Assembly: GCA_965232515.1 (NCBI GenBank)
Contig: CBDDPY010000002.1
Span: 5,696,001-5,760,000, forward strand
Direction: 5' to 3'
Length of the DNA: 64,000 nt
DNA from: Alphaproteobacteria bacterium
Lineage (GTDB): Bacteria; Pseudomonadota; Alphaproteobacteria; GCA-2731375
The notes beneath the pieces were generated by a model. That model was not told where the DNA came from. It made no database searches and saw only the letters and a program-made list of their open reading frames with translations. Shown one piece after another: positions 53,424 through 64,000 of the stretch (positions are counted from its first letter, which is position 1; each line of letters begins with the position of its first letter). Position numbers and translations under genes: made by a program.

Positions 53424-55283
53424 TTACGCGACAGGAGCGGGCACGGCGGTTGACGTTGCCGGCAGCGCGCCCAGCACCGAGGCGCCGTCCTCGGCCCGGC
53501 CGACCTGCGCCCGTAGGCCGGCGAACAGTTCGCGCCCCAGCCCGGCGGCATAGCGGTCGAGATCGCCGACAACGGCCGACCGCCCGGCCCAGTCGGCGGC
53601 GTCGATCAAGGCCTCCAGCCGGCCGGCCTCGGCGTCGAGGCGCAGCATGTCGCCGTCGCGCAGCTTCGCCAGCGGCCCGCCCTCGGCCGCTTCCGGCGTC
53701 ACGTGGATCGCCGCCGGCACCTTGCCCGAGGCGCCGGACATGCGGCCGTCGGTGACCAGCGCCACCTTCTGCCCGCGGTCCTGCAGCACGCCCAGCACCG
53801 GCGTCAGCTTGTGCAGCTCCGGCATGCCGTTCGCCTTCGGCCCCTGGAACCGCACCACGGCGACGAAATCGCCCTTCAGGTCGCCGCGCTGGAACGCGGC
53901 TTGTAGTGCACCCTGGTCGTCGAAGATGCGCGCGGGCGCCTCGACCAGCCGATGCTCCGGCTTCACGGCCGAGATCTTGATCACGCCGCGGCCGAGATTG
54001 CCGTCCAGCAGCTTCAGCCCGCCGTTGGTGCTGAACGGCCGCGCTGCCGTCGCCAGCACGTCCGCATCGCCGCTTTCCGTCGGCCCGTCGCGCCAGGTCA
54101 GCGCGCCGTCGCTCAGCACTGGTTCCTGCCGGTAGCGTGTCAGCCCGCCCGGTCCGGCGATTGTTCTGACGTCGGGATGCAGCAGACCGGCGTCCAGCAG
54201 TTCGCCGATCAGGAAGCCCATGCCGCCCGCTGCATGGAAATGATTCACATCGGCGAGACCGTTCGGATAGATCCGCGTCAGCAACGGCACCACGTCGGAC
54301 AGGTCAGCGAAATCGTCCCAGGTCAGCTGGATGCCGGCGGCGCGCGCCATGGCGATCAGGTGAATGGTGTGATTGGTCGAGCCGCCGGTCGCGTGCAGGC
54401 CGACAACGCCGTTGACCACGGCCCGCTCGTCGATCACCTCGCCGACCGGCGTGGGCGCGTCGCCGAGGCCCGAAATCTCGACGGCGCGCTTGGCGGCGGC
54501 TGCGGTCAGTGCGTCGCGCAACGGCGTGTCCGGATTGACGAATGACGTGCCCGGCAGGTGCAGGCCCATCACCTCCATCAGCATCTGGTTCGAGTTCGCC
54601 GTGCCGTAGAAGGTGCAGGTGCCGGGGCTGTGATAGGACTTCGCTTCCGCCGCCAGCAGCTCGTCACGCCCGACCTTGCCTTCGGCGAACAACTGCCGGA
54701 TGCGCGCCTTCTCGGCGTTCGGCAGGCCCGACGGCATCGGCCCCGCCGGCGCGAACACGGCCGGCAGGTGCCCGAAGCTCAGCGCCGCGATCAGCAGGCC
54801 CGGCACGATCTTGTCACAGACGCCGAGGTAAATCGCCGCGTCGAACATGTCGTGCGACAGCGCCACCGCGGTCGACAGCGCGATCACGTCGCGCGAGAAC
54901 AGCGACAGCTCCATGCCGGCCTGGCCTTGCGTGACGCCATCGCACATCGCCGGCACGCCGCCCGCCACCTGGGCGACGCCACCGGCCTCGCGCACGGCGT
55001 CCTTGATCAGTTGCGGAAAACGCTCGAACGGCTGATGCGCCGACAGCATGTCGTTATAGGCGGTGACGATGGCGACGTTGGGCTTGGTCTCGCCCGACAG
55101 CGCCGTCTTGTCGTCGAGGCCGCAGGCCGCGAAGCCGTGCGCCAGGTTGCCGCAGGACAGCGACGCCCGCTGCGGGCCGCGGCTGGCGGCGGCGCGGATG
55201 TGCGCGAGATAGCGCGCCCGTGTCTCCTGGCTGCGCGCGGCGATGCGTTCGGTTACGTCATGGATGCGTGGATTGAGGGTCAT
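53424..55283 (-). CDS. edd: 6-phosphogluconate dehydratase
   Basis: [44 protein letters not shown] motifs. Confidence 0.97.
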   Translation of the reverse strand: MTLNPRIHDVTERIAARSQETRARYLAHIRAAASRGPQRASLSCGNLAHGFAACGLDDKTALSGETKPNVAIVTAYNDMLSAHQPFERFPQLIKDAVREAGGVAQVAGGVPAMCDGVTQGQAGMELSLFSRDVIALSTAVALSHDMFDAAIYLGVCDKIVPGLLIAALSFGHLPAVFAPAGPMPSGLPNAEKARIRQLFAEGKVGRDELLAAEAKSYHSPGTCTFYGTANSNQMLMEVMGLHLPGTSFVNPDTPLRDALTAAAAKRAVEISGLGDAPTPVGEVIDERAVVNGVVGLHATGGSTNHTIHLIAMARAAGIQLTWDDFADLSDVVPLLTRIYPNGLADVNHFHAAGGMGFLIGELLDAGLLHPDVRTIAGPGGLTRYRQEPVLSDGALTWRDGPTESGDADVLATAARPFSTNGGLKLLDGNLGRGVIKISAVKPEHRLVEAPARIFDDQGALQAAFQRGDLKGDFVAVVRFQGPKANGMPELHKLTPVLGVLQDRGQKVALVTDGRMSGASGKVPAAIHVTPEAAEGGPLAKLRDGDMLRLDAEAGRLEALIDAADWAGRSAVVGDLDRYAAGLGRELFAGLRAQVGRAEDGASVLGALPATSTAVPAPVA

Positions 55284-55359
55284 GGGCCGAGTCCCCGCTC
55301 GCAAGCCGTTCCTACCAAGCAAATGGTGCCCGTGTCGTTCGACGCAAGCCGTGCAGCCG

Positions 55360-56835
55360 TCAGTCCACGTCGTCGTGCCAGCTGCGGCCGTCACGTTCGA
55401 TCAGCGCGATGGCCGCCGTTGGTCCCCAGCCGCCGGCGCGATAAGGCTTCGGCTCCTGGCTCTTGGCGTGCCAGCCGTCGAGAATCGGCTCGACCCAGCC
55501 CCAGGCGGCCTCGACCTCGTCGCGGCGCATGAACAGCGTCGGATTGCCGCGCACCACATCCATCAACAGACGCTCGTAGGCGTCGGGATAGCGTACCTTG
55601 AAGGCTTCCGCGAAGCTCAGGTTTAGCGGCCCGGCCCTGAGCCGCATGCCGCCCGGTCCCGGGTCCTTGGTCATCAGCGTCAGCTTCACGCCCTCGTCCG
55701 GCTGCAGGCGCACGACCAGGCTGTTGGCCTGGATCTCGCCGGTATCGGACGGAAAGATCGAATGCGGGATCTCGCGGAAATGGATGACGATCTCGGACTT
55801 GCGCGCCGGCAGCCGCTTGCCCGTGCGCAGATAGAACGGCGTGCCGGCCCAACGCCAGTTCTCGACCTCGGCCTTGAGCACCACGAAGGTCTCGGTGTCG
55901 CTCGCCTCGGCCTCGATCTCTTCCAGATAACCGGGCGCGATCGCCCCATCGACGGCGCCGTCGCGATACTGGCCGCGCACGGTCTTCGCCGCCACGTCGT
56001 CGGCCAGGATCGGCTTCAACGCCCTGAGCACCTTCAGCTTCTCGTCGCGCACGGCGTCGGCTTCGAACTCGGTCGGCGGCTCCATCGCCACCAAACAGAG
56101 CAGCTGCAGGATATGGTTCTGCACCATGTCGCGCAGCGCGCCGGCCTTGTCGTAATAGCCGGCCCGGCCCTCGGCGCCGATGCTTTCGGCGACGGTGATC
56201 TGCACATGATCGATCGCGGCGTGGCTCCAGAGTGGCTCGAACAGCGAATTGGCGAAGCGAAGCGCCATCAGGTTCTGGACCGTCTCCTTGCCGAGATAGT
56301 GGTCGATGCGGAAGATCTGATGTTCGTCGAATACGGCGCCGACCGCGTCGTTGATCGCGCGCGCCGATTCCAGATCGTGGCCGATCGGCTTCTCCAGCAC
56401 GATGCGGGTGTTGGGGCCCGCCAGCTTGACCTTGGCCAGGTTGCGGCAGATCGGCCCAAACAGATCGGGCGCCGTCGCCAGGTAGAACACCCGGATGCGG
56501 TCGCCGTCGGCGAGCGTCTTCGTCAGACCGTCCCAGCCGTCGTCCGACGCCGCGTCCAGCGCCGCATAGTCCAGCCGCGCCAAGAACCGTTTCAGGCAGT
56601 CGCCGTCGATGTCGGCCGCCGGCACATAGTCGCGCAGCGCCTTGGTGACCGTCTCGACATAGGCGTCGCGCCCGAGGTCCTTGCGCGAGACGGCGACGAT
56701 GCGGCTCTCGGGCGGCATCTGTTCGTCGCGGTCGCGGTAATAGAGCGCCGGCAGCAGCTTGCGCAGCGTCAGGTCGCCGGTGCCGCCGAAGACAACCAGG
56801 TCGAAGATCTCGACGGGGATAATTTGCGCGGTCAA
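55360..56835 (-). CDS. zwf: Glucose-6-phosphate 1-dehydrogenase
   Basis: [31 protein letters not shown] motifs; TTG start with GGAG RBS. Confidence 0.97.
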   Translation of the reverse strand: MTAQIIPVEIFDLVVFGGTGDLTLRKLLPALYYRDRDEQMPPESRIVAVSRKDLGRDAYVETVTKALRDYVPAADIDGDCLKRFLARLDYAALDAASDDGWDGLTKTLADGDRIRVFYLATAPDLFGPICRNLAKVKLAGPNTRIVLEKPIGHDLESARAINDAVGAVFDEHQIFRIDHYLGKETVQNLMALRFANSLFEPLWSHAAIDHVQITVAESIGAEGRAGYYDKAGALRDMVQNHILQLLCLVAMEPPTEFEADAVRDEKLKVLRALKPILADDVAAKTVRGQYRDGAVDGAIAPGYLEEIEAEASDTETFVVLKAEVENWRWAGTPFYLRTGKRLPARKSEIVIHFREIPHSIFPSDTGEIQANSLVVRLQPDEGVKLTLMTKDPGPGGMRLRAGPLNLSFAEAFKVRYPDAYERLLMDVVRGNPTLFMRRDEVEAAWGWVEPILDGWHAKSQEPKPYRAGGWGPTAAIALIERDGRSWHDDVD

Positions 56836-56890
56836 AAGACAGACTCCAATTCGGCCGCCGATGGGCCGAGGTCAAGCCGACCGGGGTTTG

Positions 56891-58198
56891 TTACATCCAA
56901 CCGAGCGTCGTCGGCAACCACAGCGCCACCGGCGGAAAGAACGTGATCAACATCAGCCGGCCGATATCGGCGATGAAGAACGGCATGATGCCGCGAAAAA
57001 TGGTGTTCAACGGCAGGTCCTTGGCCATGCCGTGCAGCACGAACACGTTGATCCCGATCGGCGGCGTGATCATGCCGATTTCCATCACCATGACATTGAC
57101 CACGCCCCACCAGATCGGATCGAAGCCCAGCGAGGTTACCAGCGGGTAAACGAACGGCAGCGTGATGACCATGGCGGCGACGGTGTCGAAGATGCTGCCC
57201 AGGATCAGGAACATCACCTGCAGCAGCAGAATCACGACGATCGGCGGCAGGTTCAGCGACTGGATGCCGTCGACGATGGCGCCCGGCAGGCCCGACAGCG
57301 TCACGAAATAGCTGAAGATCGAGGCGCCGATGATGATTAGGAAGATCAGCCCGGTATTCGCTGCGGTCTCGCCCAGGCAGTTCAAGAACGTGCGTGGCGT
57401 CAGCCGGCCGCGCGCCAGCGCCAGGAAGAAGGCAAAGCTGGCGCCGACGGACGCCGCCTCCGTGACCGTGAAGACACCGGTATAGATCCCGGCCGAGACC
57501 ACCACGGCCAGCAGCACCACGGCCCAGCATTCGGCCAGCACGCGCCAGCGCGCGGCCCAGCTCTCGCGCGGGCCGGTCGGCGCGGCCTCGGGGTTCAGCC
57601 GGGCGTAGATTGTGATGGCGCAGAAATAGAACAGCACCGTCAGCAGGCCAGGGATCACCGCCGCCGCGAACAGCGCGATGACGAACTCCTCGGTCAGCAC
57701 GCCATAGAGGATCATCACGACGGACGGCGGGATCAGCATGCCCAGCGTGCCGCCGGCGGCGATGCTGCCGCTGGCGAGCGTCGGCTTGTAGCCGCGTTCC
57801 AGCATTTCCGGCAGGGCGATGCGGGCCATCGTCGCCGTCGTCGCCACCGACGAGCCGCAGACCGCGCCGAAGCCGGCGCAGCCGCCGATGGTGGCCATGG
57901 CGAGCCCCCCGCGCCGGTGACCGAGGAACGCGTAGGCCAGGCGATAGATCTCGCTCGACAGGCCGCCGGCGCCGGCGAAGCTGCCCATCAGCAGGAACAT
58001 GGCCAGCACCGCCAGGCCTTCGTTCGAGATTGCCGCCGACGGTTCCGTGCCCAGGAGCGAGACCGCCGGCCCCCAACCGATCATCAGGCCGACGCAGACG
58101 AAGCCGGTCAGCCCCATGGCGATGCCGATCGGCACGTGCAGCAGGATCGCCACGAACATGGCGCCGATGCCCAACAGACCTGTGGTCAACGGGTCCAT
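56891..58198 (-). CDS. TRAP transporter large permease (DctM)
   Basis: GGTLGMLIPPS, FTVTEAA, GMITPPIG motifs. Confidence 0.94.
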   Translation of the reverse strand: MDPLTTGLLGIGAMFVAILLHVPIGIAMGLTGFVCVGLMIGWGPAVSLLGTEPSAAISNEGLAVLAMFLLMGSFAGAGGLSSEIYRLAYAFLGHRRGGLAMATIGGCAGFGAVCGSSVATTATMARIALPEMLERGYKPTLASGSIAAGGTLGMLIPPSVVMILYGVLTEEFVIALFAAAVIPGLLTVLFYFCAITIYARLNPEAAPTGPRESWAARWRVLAECWAVVLLAVVVSAGIYTGVFTVTEAASVGASFAFFLALARGRLTPRTFLNCLGETAANTGLIFLIIIGASIFSYFVTLSGLPGAIVDGIQSLNLPPIVVILLLQVMFLILGSIFDTVAAMVITLPFVYPLVTSLGFDPIWWGVVNVMVMEIGMITPPIGINVFVLHGMAKDLPLNTIFRGIMPFFIADIGRLMLITFFPPVALWLPTTLGWM

Positions 58199-58749
58199 CA
58201 GCCGCCGCCGTCGCCGACCGTCTCGGAGGTCATCTGTTCCTGCACCCGCGGGCCGCGGCCGCGGATCGCGTCGTCCAGCCGCGACAGCAGCACCCAGGCT
58301 TGCACCGGCACGCACAACGCCATGATCGCTGTCGCGATCCACCACCACGGCGCCAGCGGCATCTCAATCGTGCCCGTCGTGCGGTTGTTCGCCTGCAGGT
58401 CCAGCGTCAGATAGAAGAACTGCCAGACCAGCAGCGCGAAGAAGGCGAGCGTCGCCGCCGCGCCGATGGTTTCCAGCCAGGCCGCGGCGCGCGGGCCGGC
58501 GGCGCGGCCGGCGAATCGGATGGTGATGTTGTGCCCCTGCAGCAGGCCTGCCGGAAAGCAGGTGCTGATGACGATGGCATAGACCACCTGGCCGAAGTCG
58601 CTGAAGCCCGACAGTCGCGGCAGGCCGAGCCAACGGGCGCTGCCGTCATAGAGCGTCAGCAGCGCCATCACCACCAGACCCGTGAACCCGGCGATGGCGA
58701 TCAGCCGGGTCCAACGCTGCAGCGACGCGTCGATCGCCGTCGCGGCCAC
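58198..58749 (-). CDS. TRAP transporter small permease (DctQ)
   Basis: About 4 TM segments, GHNITI motif, lies between DctP and DctM. Confidence 0.85.
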   Translation of the reverse strand: MAATAIDASLQRWTRLIAIAGFTGLVVMALLTLYDGSARWLGLPRLSGFSDFGQVVYAIVISTCFPAGLLQGHNITIRFAGRAAGPRAAAWLETIGAAATLAFFALLVWQFFYLTLDLQANNRTTGTIEMPLAPWWWIATAIMALCVPVQAWVLLSRLDDAIRGRGPRVQEQMTSETVGDGGG

Positions 58750-58772
58750 GTCGTTTCAGCCGGACTTAAGCG

Positions 58773-59780
58773 TCAGCCGCCGCTGCGCGCTTCCTCCAGC
58801 GCCTTGGCGTAGGCATCGAACACGGACCTGCCGTTCTTGGACTTGGCGATCCACCAATCGTGTACCTGGCCTGCGCCCTTGGCGTAGCGTGCGCGGTCGG
58901 CGTCGGCGACCGGCAGCAGCCGCGGCTGGCCGTCGGCCCTGGCCTTGCCTTCGATCTCGGCCGAGATCGCGTCGTAGGCGGCACCTCCGGCCTTGGCCAT
59001 GGCCAGGCCGCCATGCTTGGTCATCGCGGCCTGCACGTCGGCCGGCAGCTTCTCCCAGGTGTTCTTGTTCATCAGCAGCAGGAACGGAATGACGCCGATC
59101 GGCACGTTGTAGGAATCGGCGACCAGCGGCATGGTCTTGAAGGTGCGCATGCCGGTCCAGCCCTGGATCACGCCGTCCAGCGTGCCGCGGTTCAGCGCCT
59201 CGTTCATCTCCGACGAGCTCATGGTCTGCGGCGCCGCGCCGATACTTTCCAGCCAGGCCGCGTGCACGGCGCCGACCGAGCGGATGCGCTTGTTCTTCAG
59301 ATCGGCAAGCCCGGTTATCGGCTCGCGCGTGAACACGATCGACGGCGCGCTCGCCCAGAAGCCGATCAGATGCGTGTCGTTCAGGCCGGTCAGCAGGCCC
59401 TGCTCGTAGAGCCGCCAGCCGGCCACCGAAGCCTCCAGCGCCGTCTCGGCCATGAACGGCAGCTCCAAGATCTGCAGCTCGGGGAACTGGCCGGCCGTGT
59501 AGCCCGGCAGCACCCAGGTCACGTCGGCGACGCCGTTCTTCACCAGTTCGTACTGCTTGAACGGGCTTTTGCCCAGCGTGCCGCCCCAGAACGCCTGCAG
59601 CCTGACCTTGTCGCCGACCTCGGCCTGGACCGCTTCCATCCACGGCTTGATCACCTTCGAGACGCCGACGCTCTTCTCCGGCACGAAGGTCGCCACCTTC
59701 ACCGTCACGGTATCGGCCGCCGCCGCACCCAGGCCCAGTCCCCATACGGCCACACCGGCCGCCAGCCACATCGAACGCAT
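58773..59780 (-). CDS. TRAP substrate-binding protein (DctP)
   Basis: Signal peptide; GGTLG, GVADV, ELPF, DLKNKRIR, ALNRGTLDG motifs. Confidence 0.9.
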   Translation of the reverse strand: MRSMWLAAGVAVWGLGLGAAAADTVTVKVATFVPEKSVGVSKVIKPWMEAVQAEVGDKVRLQAFWGGTLGKSPFKQYELVKNGVADVTWVLPGYTAGQFPELQILELPFMAETALEASVAGWRLYEQGLLTGLNDTHLIGFWASAPSIVFTREPITGLADLKNKRIRSVGAVHAAWLESIGAAPQTMSSSEMNEALNRGTLDGVIQGWTGMRTFKTMPLVADSYNVPIGVIPFLLLMNKNTWEKLPADVQAAMTKHGGLAMAKAGGAAYDAISAEIEGKARADGQPRLLPVADADRARYAKGAGQVHDWWIAKSKNGRSVFDAYAKALEEARSGG

Positions 59781-59841
59781 ATCCTGCCTCTCCTTTGTCT
59801 TGCCTCCCCGCGGATGCGGGTTTGTCGTTGTTATCCAACCG

Positions 59842-60615
59842 TCAGTTCATGAACACGCCGCCGTTCACATGCAGCGTCTGGCCGGTGACATAGCCGGCCG
59901 CGTCGCTCAGCAGAAACAGCGTCGGCCCGACCACGTCGTCCGCCTCGGCGATCCGGCCCAGCGGTATGGCCTTCGCATAGGTCTCGATATCCAGGTTCGT
60001 CGTGCCGTCCTCGTCCGAGCGTCCGGTGCCGCCGCGCAGAAAGGCCGTGTCGACCGCGCTCGGCGCCACCGCGTTGACGCGGATATCCGGCGCCCATTCC
60101 AGCGCCAGCGTCTTGGTCATGGCGATGACGCCGGCCTTGGCCGCGCCGTAGGGGCCATAGCCCGGCGCCGGCTTGGCGCCAAGCCCGGAAGCCATGTTCA
60201 CCAGCGCCGGCCGCTGTCCACGTTGCAGGCAGCGGCGGGCGGCCCGGGCCACCAGGTAGGCCGCTTTCAGGTTGCCGGCGATGACGGCGTCCCAGTCGGC
60301 TTCGCCGATGCCGTCGAGCGGCTGGGTCTCGGCGGTGAAGCCGCACAGATTGATCAGCCCGTCGAGCCCGTCCCAGCGCCGCATCAGCATGGTGAAGGCG
60401 CCGTCGACCTGGCCCGCGTCGGTCGCGTCCAACGGAATGGCGGCAAAAACGTGCTCCGGCGGATGCCGGTTCAGCGAGGCCGGCAGGTCCACCACCGCCA
60501 CCCGCGCGTCGTCGGCCAGCAGCGCCGTCACCACGGCGCGGCCGATGCCGCCGCAGCCGCCGACCACGGCGATACGCCGGCCGGCCAGCGTGGTGCTGTC
60601 CCGCCAGGATGTCAT
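59842..60615 (-). CDS. Short-chain dehydrogenase/reductase
   Basis: GGCGGIG, YGAAK, IRVNAVAP, YVTGQTLHVNGG motifs. Confidence 0.93.
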   Translation of the reverse strand: MTSWRDSTTLAGRRIAVVGGCGGIGRAVVTALLADDARVAVVDLPASLNRHPPEHVFAAIPLDATDAGQVDGAFTMLMRRWDGLDGLINLCGFTAETQPLDGIGEADWDAVIAGNLKAAYLVARAARRCLQRGQRPALVNMASGLGAKPAPGYGPYGAAKAGVIAMTKTLALEWAPDIRVNAVAPSAVDTAFLRGGTGRSDEDGTTNLDIETYAKAIPLGRIAEADDVVGPTLFLLSDAAGYVTGQTLHVNGGVFMN

Positions 60616-61316
60616 GCCAGCGCCGGTTCCCGGCCGAAGGGCGCCAGCACGGTCTCCGCCAGGCAGAGATTCGACGACAGGATCGGGATGTTGGATTGCG
60701 GCTGCGCCCGGGCGATCGTCGCCAGCGTCGGCAGGCCGGTGCCGGTCAGCAACACGGCGTCGGCGGTCGACAGGTCGGCTTCGGCCAGCGCCCGGCAGGC
60801 GCTGTCGCCCGCGAGTCCATAAATGGCCGCCGTGTCGTCGCCGCCGATCTCGACCCGCGTGACGCCGACGATGTCGTAGCCGGCGTCGGTCCAATAGCTG
60901 ATCGACGCTTCCGTCAGCCAATCGGGATAGGGCGAGACCAGCGCCAGTCGTTTGACGCCGCGGCGGTCGAGCGCCGCCGAGATGGCTGCGGTCGCCGTCA
61001 CGATCGGATAGCCGACCTCGGCGCCGACCTGGGTGGCGATCTGATTCTCCCACGCGGCGCCCACCATGTAGGACGAGCCGGTGCAGGCGAAGGCGAAACC
61101 ATCGAGTTGCAGGCTGCCGTAAGCCGACAGATAGGCTGGCAGGTCCTCGATATACTCGATCAGGCGCTGCCGGGCGTCGGTTGCCCTGCTGGTCAACCGG
61201 GTCACGTAGTAATCGATATCGGCCGGCAACAGCCGCCGGAATTCAGGCTCGACGGTCGGATTGGCTTGCGGCGTGCCGACGCCGATACGGATCTGTTTTT
61301 GCGGGCCTTCTGTCAT
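60612..61316 (-). CDS. Maleate isomerase/arylmalonate decarboxylase-family protein, single Cys
   Basis: PQANPTVEPE, FACTGSS, VSPY, LLTGTGLPT, PILSSN motifs. Confidence 0.82.
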   Translation of the reverse strand: MTEGPQKQIRIGVGTPQANPTVEPEFRRLLPADIDYYVTRLTSRATDARQRLIEYIEDLPAYLSAYGSLQLDGFAFACTGSSYMVGAAWENQIATQVGAEVGYPIVTATAAISAALDRRGVKRLALVSPYPDWLTEASISYWTDAGYDIVGVTRVEIGGDDTAAIYGLAGDSACRALAEADLSTADAVLLTGTGLPTLATIARAQPQSNIPILSSNLCLAETVLAPFGREPALA

Positions 61317-62533
61317 GGAATTGCGGCTGCTTCGCGCAGCCCCTCGATCATCGATGTTTTCAGCAGGTAGGGCCTGGCTTTTGCCGGATTTTCAGCCGTT
61401 TTCTGCAGTTCCGCCAGCGCCGCGCGGCGTTTCGCTGGGTCCTTTTCCGTCATCCGGCGCCGGTTGCCGTCGGCCTGCTGCAAGATCTGACGCTCGGCGA
61501 TGGGCTTTCGCTGGCGGGTATAGCGGTCGAGTAGGGCCGGATCGCCGCCGCGCCAGACCTCGGCCAGCTTCTCCGTCAGATTGAAGGCGTCGTGGATGCC
61601 GCCGTTCATGCCCATGCCGCCACTGGGACTGTTCAGGTGCGCGGCGTCGCCGGCCAGCAGCACCCGACCGGCCCGGTAGTCGGCGACGATGCGCTGATGC
61701 ACCCGGTAGGGCCGTTTGTCGACGATATCGAACGGTTCCTCCGACGGATAAATGTCGTGGAGCTGGGCCTGGATTCGGTCGTCGGCCAGCGCTTGTTCCG
61801 TCGGCAGGCCGGGTGGGTAGTACAGGCTGCAGCGCCACAGGTTCGGCAGCCTGAGCAGCGCGAAATTGCCGTCCGCCGCCCAGCAATAGTTGACGTTCGA
61901 TAGGCCGTCGATGTGGTCGTGAAACCGGAAGCGGGTCGAGGCCAGAACCGTCGTCTCCGGGTAGGTTGCGCCTTCCATGGCCAGGCCCAAGAGCGTCCGG
62001 GTCGCGCTGGCCGCGCCGTCGGCGCCGATCAGGTAGGGCCCCCGCACACGGTCTTCCGCGCCGTCTCGCCTCAGCATGGCGGTTACGCCGTCGGCATCCT
62101 GGCTCAGCCCGGTCAGTTCGGCGCCGAAGCGGAAGTCGACCAATGGGTCGCCCGCCAGCAGATCGGCCAGCAGCCGCACCAGATTGCCCTGCTCACATTG
62201 CAGCCTGTAGGGATGGTCCGTTTCGTCGGCGATCAGGCTCAGGTCGAATTCCGCCTTCTCGCCGGTGGCATGCATGCGCACCTGCCACGTCGGCGCCAGC
62301 AGGCCCATGGGAATCAGCTCGGATGTGACGCCATAGGGCGCCAGCATGTCCAGCGTCGGCGGATGGAATGTCGAGGCCCGGAGATCGCGGCTGACGTCCG
62401 CCTCGCGCTCGATCACCGTCACCGGGATTCCGTACCCGGCCAGCCGCAGCGCCGCCACCAGACCGACCGGTCCGGCGCCGACCACGATAATCCTTGCCTC
62501 GGACGCCCCCAATGCTTTCCCCAAGTGGCCCAC
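61313..62533 (-). CDS. FAD-dependent monooxygenase (aromatic hydroxylase family)
   Basis: GAGPVG, GADGAAS, LAGDAAHLNSPSGGMGMNGGIHD motifs; start uncertain. Confidence 0.9.
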   Translation of the reverse strand: MGHLGKALGASEARIIVVGAGPVGLVAALRLAGYGIPVTVIEREADVSRDLRASTFHPPTLDMLAPYGVTSELIPMGLLAPTWQVRMHATGEKAEFDLSLIADETDHPYRLQCEQGNLVRLLADLLAGDPLVDFRFGAELTGLSQDADGVTAMLRRDGAEDRVRGPYLIGADGAASATRTLLGLAMEGATYPETTVLASTRFRFHDHIDGLSNVNYCWAADGNFALLRLPNLWRCSLYYPPGLPTEQALADDRIQAQLHDIYPSEEPFDIVDKRPYRVHQRIVADYRAGRVLLAGDAAHLNSPSGGMGMNGGIHDAFNLTEKLAEVWRGGDPALLDRYTRQRKPIAERQILQQADGNRRRMTEKDPAKRRAALAELQKTAENPAKARPYLLKTSMIEGLREAAAIP

Positions 62534-62595
62534 CCGGCTCGTAACGATAAACCGGTTTCTTGCACTTGTCTGCTTTTACGGACAACCTGTGTCGC

Positions 62596-63378
62596 ATGAC
62601 CGATGCGGCACATCCTATCCCGGCGGTGGAGGCCGGTCAGGGCCTGACGCTCTATCACCGCATCTATGTGCGTTTGCGCCAGATGATCCGCGACGGCGTG
62701 TTCGAACCGATGACGCCCATGCCCAGCGAACCGTCGCTCGCGCATGCGCTCGACGTTTCGCGCGCCACGGTGCGTCGGGCGCTGGGTATGCTGGTCGACG
62801 AAGGTCTGGTCGAGCGTCGACACGGTATCGGCACGTTTGCGGTGCCGAACCCCGCGCCAGCGACGCCGATCGGCGGTCTCGTCGAGAACCTGATCACCAT
62901 CGGGCTCGAGACCGAGGCCCGCGTTCTGTCCGCGGGGCCCGCCCAACCGCCCGCCGCCGTCGCCCGGCTGCTCGGCTTGCCGTCGGCGACAGCGGCGTTC
63001 CGCCTCGTCCGCCTGCGCAGCCATGCCGGCCAGCCGTTCTCGTATTCGACCGTCTACGTACCACTCGCCATCGCCGCCGCCATCGACTTCGATACACTCG
63101 GCAGCGATCCGGTCGTGCGGGCCCTGGAGGCGGCCGGCCAACGCCCGGCGCGAGCGGAGCAGTCGTTAAGCGCGACTCTGGCCGAGGCCGACATCGGCGC
63201 GCACCTGGGCGTCCCGGCGGGGGCGCCGCTCACCGTAATGCGCCGCGTCGTCTACGCCGCCGACGACACGCCAATTCTGCATCAGCAAAGCCACTACCGG
63301 CCCGATCTCTACGAATACCGCATGACGCTGACCCGCCAACGCCACAACGCCGGCCCGCGCTGGACCCCGGTGGGTTAG
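62596..63378 (+). CDS. GntR regulator, HutC/UTRA subfamily
   Basis: LYHRI, MPSEPSLA, VSRATVRRAL, GIGTF motifs; C-terminal YRPDLY. Confidence 0.92.
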   Translation: MTDAAHPIPAVEAGQGLTLYHRIYVRLRQMIRDGVFEPMTPMPSEPSLAHALDVSRATVRRALGMLVDEGLVERRHGIGTFAVPNPAPATPIGGLVENLITIGLETEARVLSAGPAQPPAAVARLLGLPSATAAFRLVRLRSHAGQPFSYSTVYVPLAIAAAIDFDTLGSDPVVRALEAAGQRPARAEQSLSATLAEADIGAHLGVPAGAPLTVMRRVVYAADDTPILHQQSHYRPDLYEYRMTLTRQRHNAGPRWTPVG

Positions 63379-63397
63379 GCGGGGCGTCGCCAATCTC

Positions 63398-63484
63398 TGG
63401 GTTGCCGGGTCGAGCCCGGCAACGACGGAAGGGCGGTGATTTCGCCACAACAGCCGTCATGCCCGGACTTGATCCGGGCATCCA
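63398..63484. repeat. Pair of REP-like palindromes
   Basis: 63398-63426 (inverted relative of 44816) and GTCATGCCCGGACTTGATCCGGGCATCCA at 63456-63484. Confidence 0.75.
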
Positions 63485-63536
63485 TCGGCGTCGATGACGT
63501 TCGCAATCCGTTGGAACGGCCGGCGCCAACGGCGCC

Positions 63537-64000
63537 TTAGCCAGGCGCGGTGCCGTCGCCCTCCGTAGCGGGTTTGGCGTGCGCGGCGAGGCGGGCCTGC
63601 TCCTCGACCCAGCCGCGGATGTATTCCTCGACGTGGGCGTCGCCGGAATCGGTCAGCTTCTCGGTCGGGCCGGTCCAGCAGATCGCGCCGGCGTGCAGCA
63701 TGGCGACGTGGTCCGAGATCACGTGGGCGCTGTCGATATCGTTGGTGATCGAGATCACTGTCGTATTCAGGTCGCGCACGATCTCGGCGATCATGTCGCT
63801 GATGCCGTTGCTGAGGATCGGGTCCAGGCCGGCCGTCGGCTCGTCCAGCAGCAGGATCTCCGGCTCACCGGCAATCGCGCGGGCCAGGGCCACCCGCTTC
63901 TGCATGCCGCCCGACAGCTCGGCCGGCAGCAGGTCGGCGACATCCGTGCCCATATGCACCAGCGCCAGCTTCTGGATGGCGATGTCGCGGGCCTCGTCGC
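63537..64000 (-). CDS. ABC ATPase, MlaF/Ttg2A-like, C-terminal part (runs off right edge)
   Basis: [17 protein letters not shown] and [10 protein letters not shown] motifs; the H-loop reads ITND rather than ITHD. Confidence 0.85.
   Translation of the reverse strand, partial: DEARDIAIQKLALVHMGTDVADLLPAELSGGMQKRVALARAIAGEPEILLLDEPTAGLDPILSNGISDMIAEIVRDLNTTVISITNDIDSAHVISDHVAMLHAGAICWTGPTEKLTDSGDAHVEEYIRGWVEEQARLAAHAKPATEGDGTAPG

Noticed and set aside
55284-55359. pgl pseudogene remnant between zwf and edd
   Set aside because: Only 76 bp, with no recognisable Pgl peptide.

Overview
GC-rich alphaproteobacterial chromosome segment (alphaproteobacterial LexA box, imuA-imuB-dnaE2, puuD, dmdA; DMSP genes suggest a marine organism). 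Left to right: (1) a ~11.6-kb minus-strand run of solute-binding protein, two basic amino acid antiporters, arginine deiminase pathway (arcA, arcB, arcC), porin, small lipoprotein and V/A-type ATPase subunits B, D and I (truncated), divergent from phosphoketolase; (2) LysR with dmdA and a BCCT transporter; (3) GntR with a peptide-type ABC transporter and two atypical M20 hydrolases; (4) a Cys-tailed MarR, secreted protein, HTHP and GATase operon; (5) guanine-to-allantoin purine catabolism; (6) the SOS imuAB-dnaE2 cassette; (7) an ECF sigma/anti-sigma module whose three transcription units share the motif GGAAGAA-N3-GWGG-N6-CCGTTRT and include a poly-Asp subtilase; (8) an EndoQ-like/UvrD fusion ending in a clamp-binding-like QLELF; (9) zwf-edd-pgi directly behind a GntR, flavin monooxygenase, AMDase-like, SDR and TRAP cluster. 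Several REP-like palindromes are present. I saw no rRNA, tRNA, CRISPR, transposase or prophage. Family calls rest on motif recognition from memory; no searches were run.
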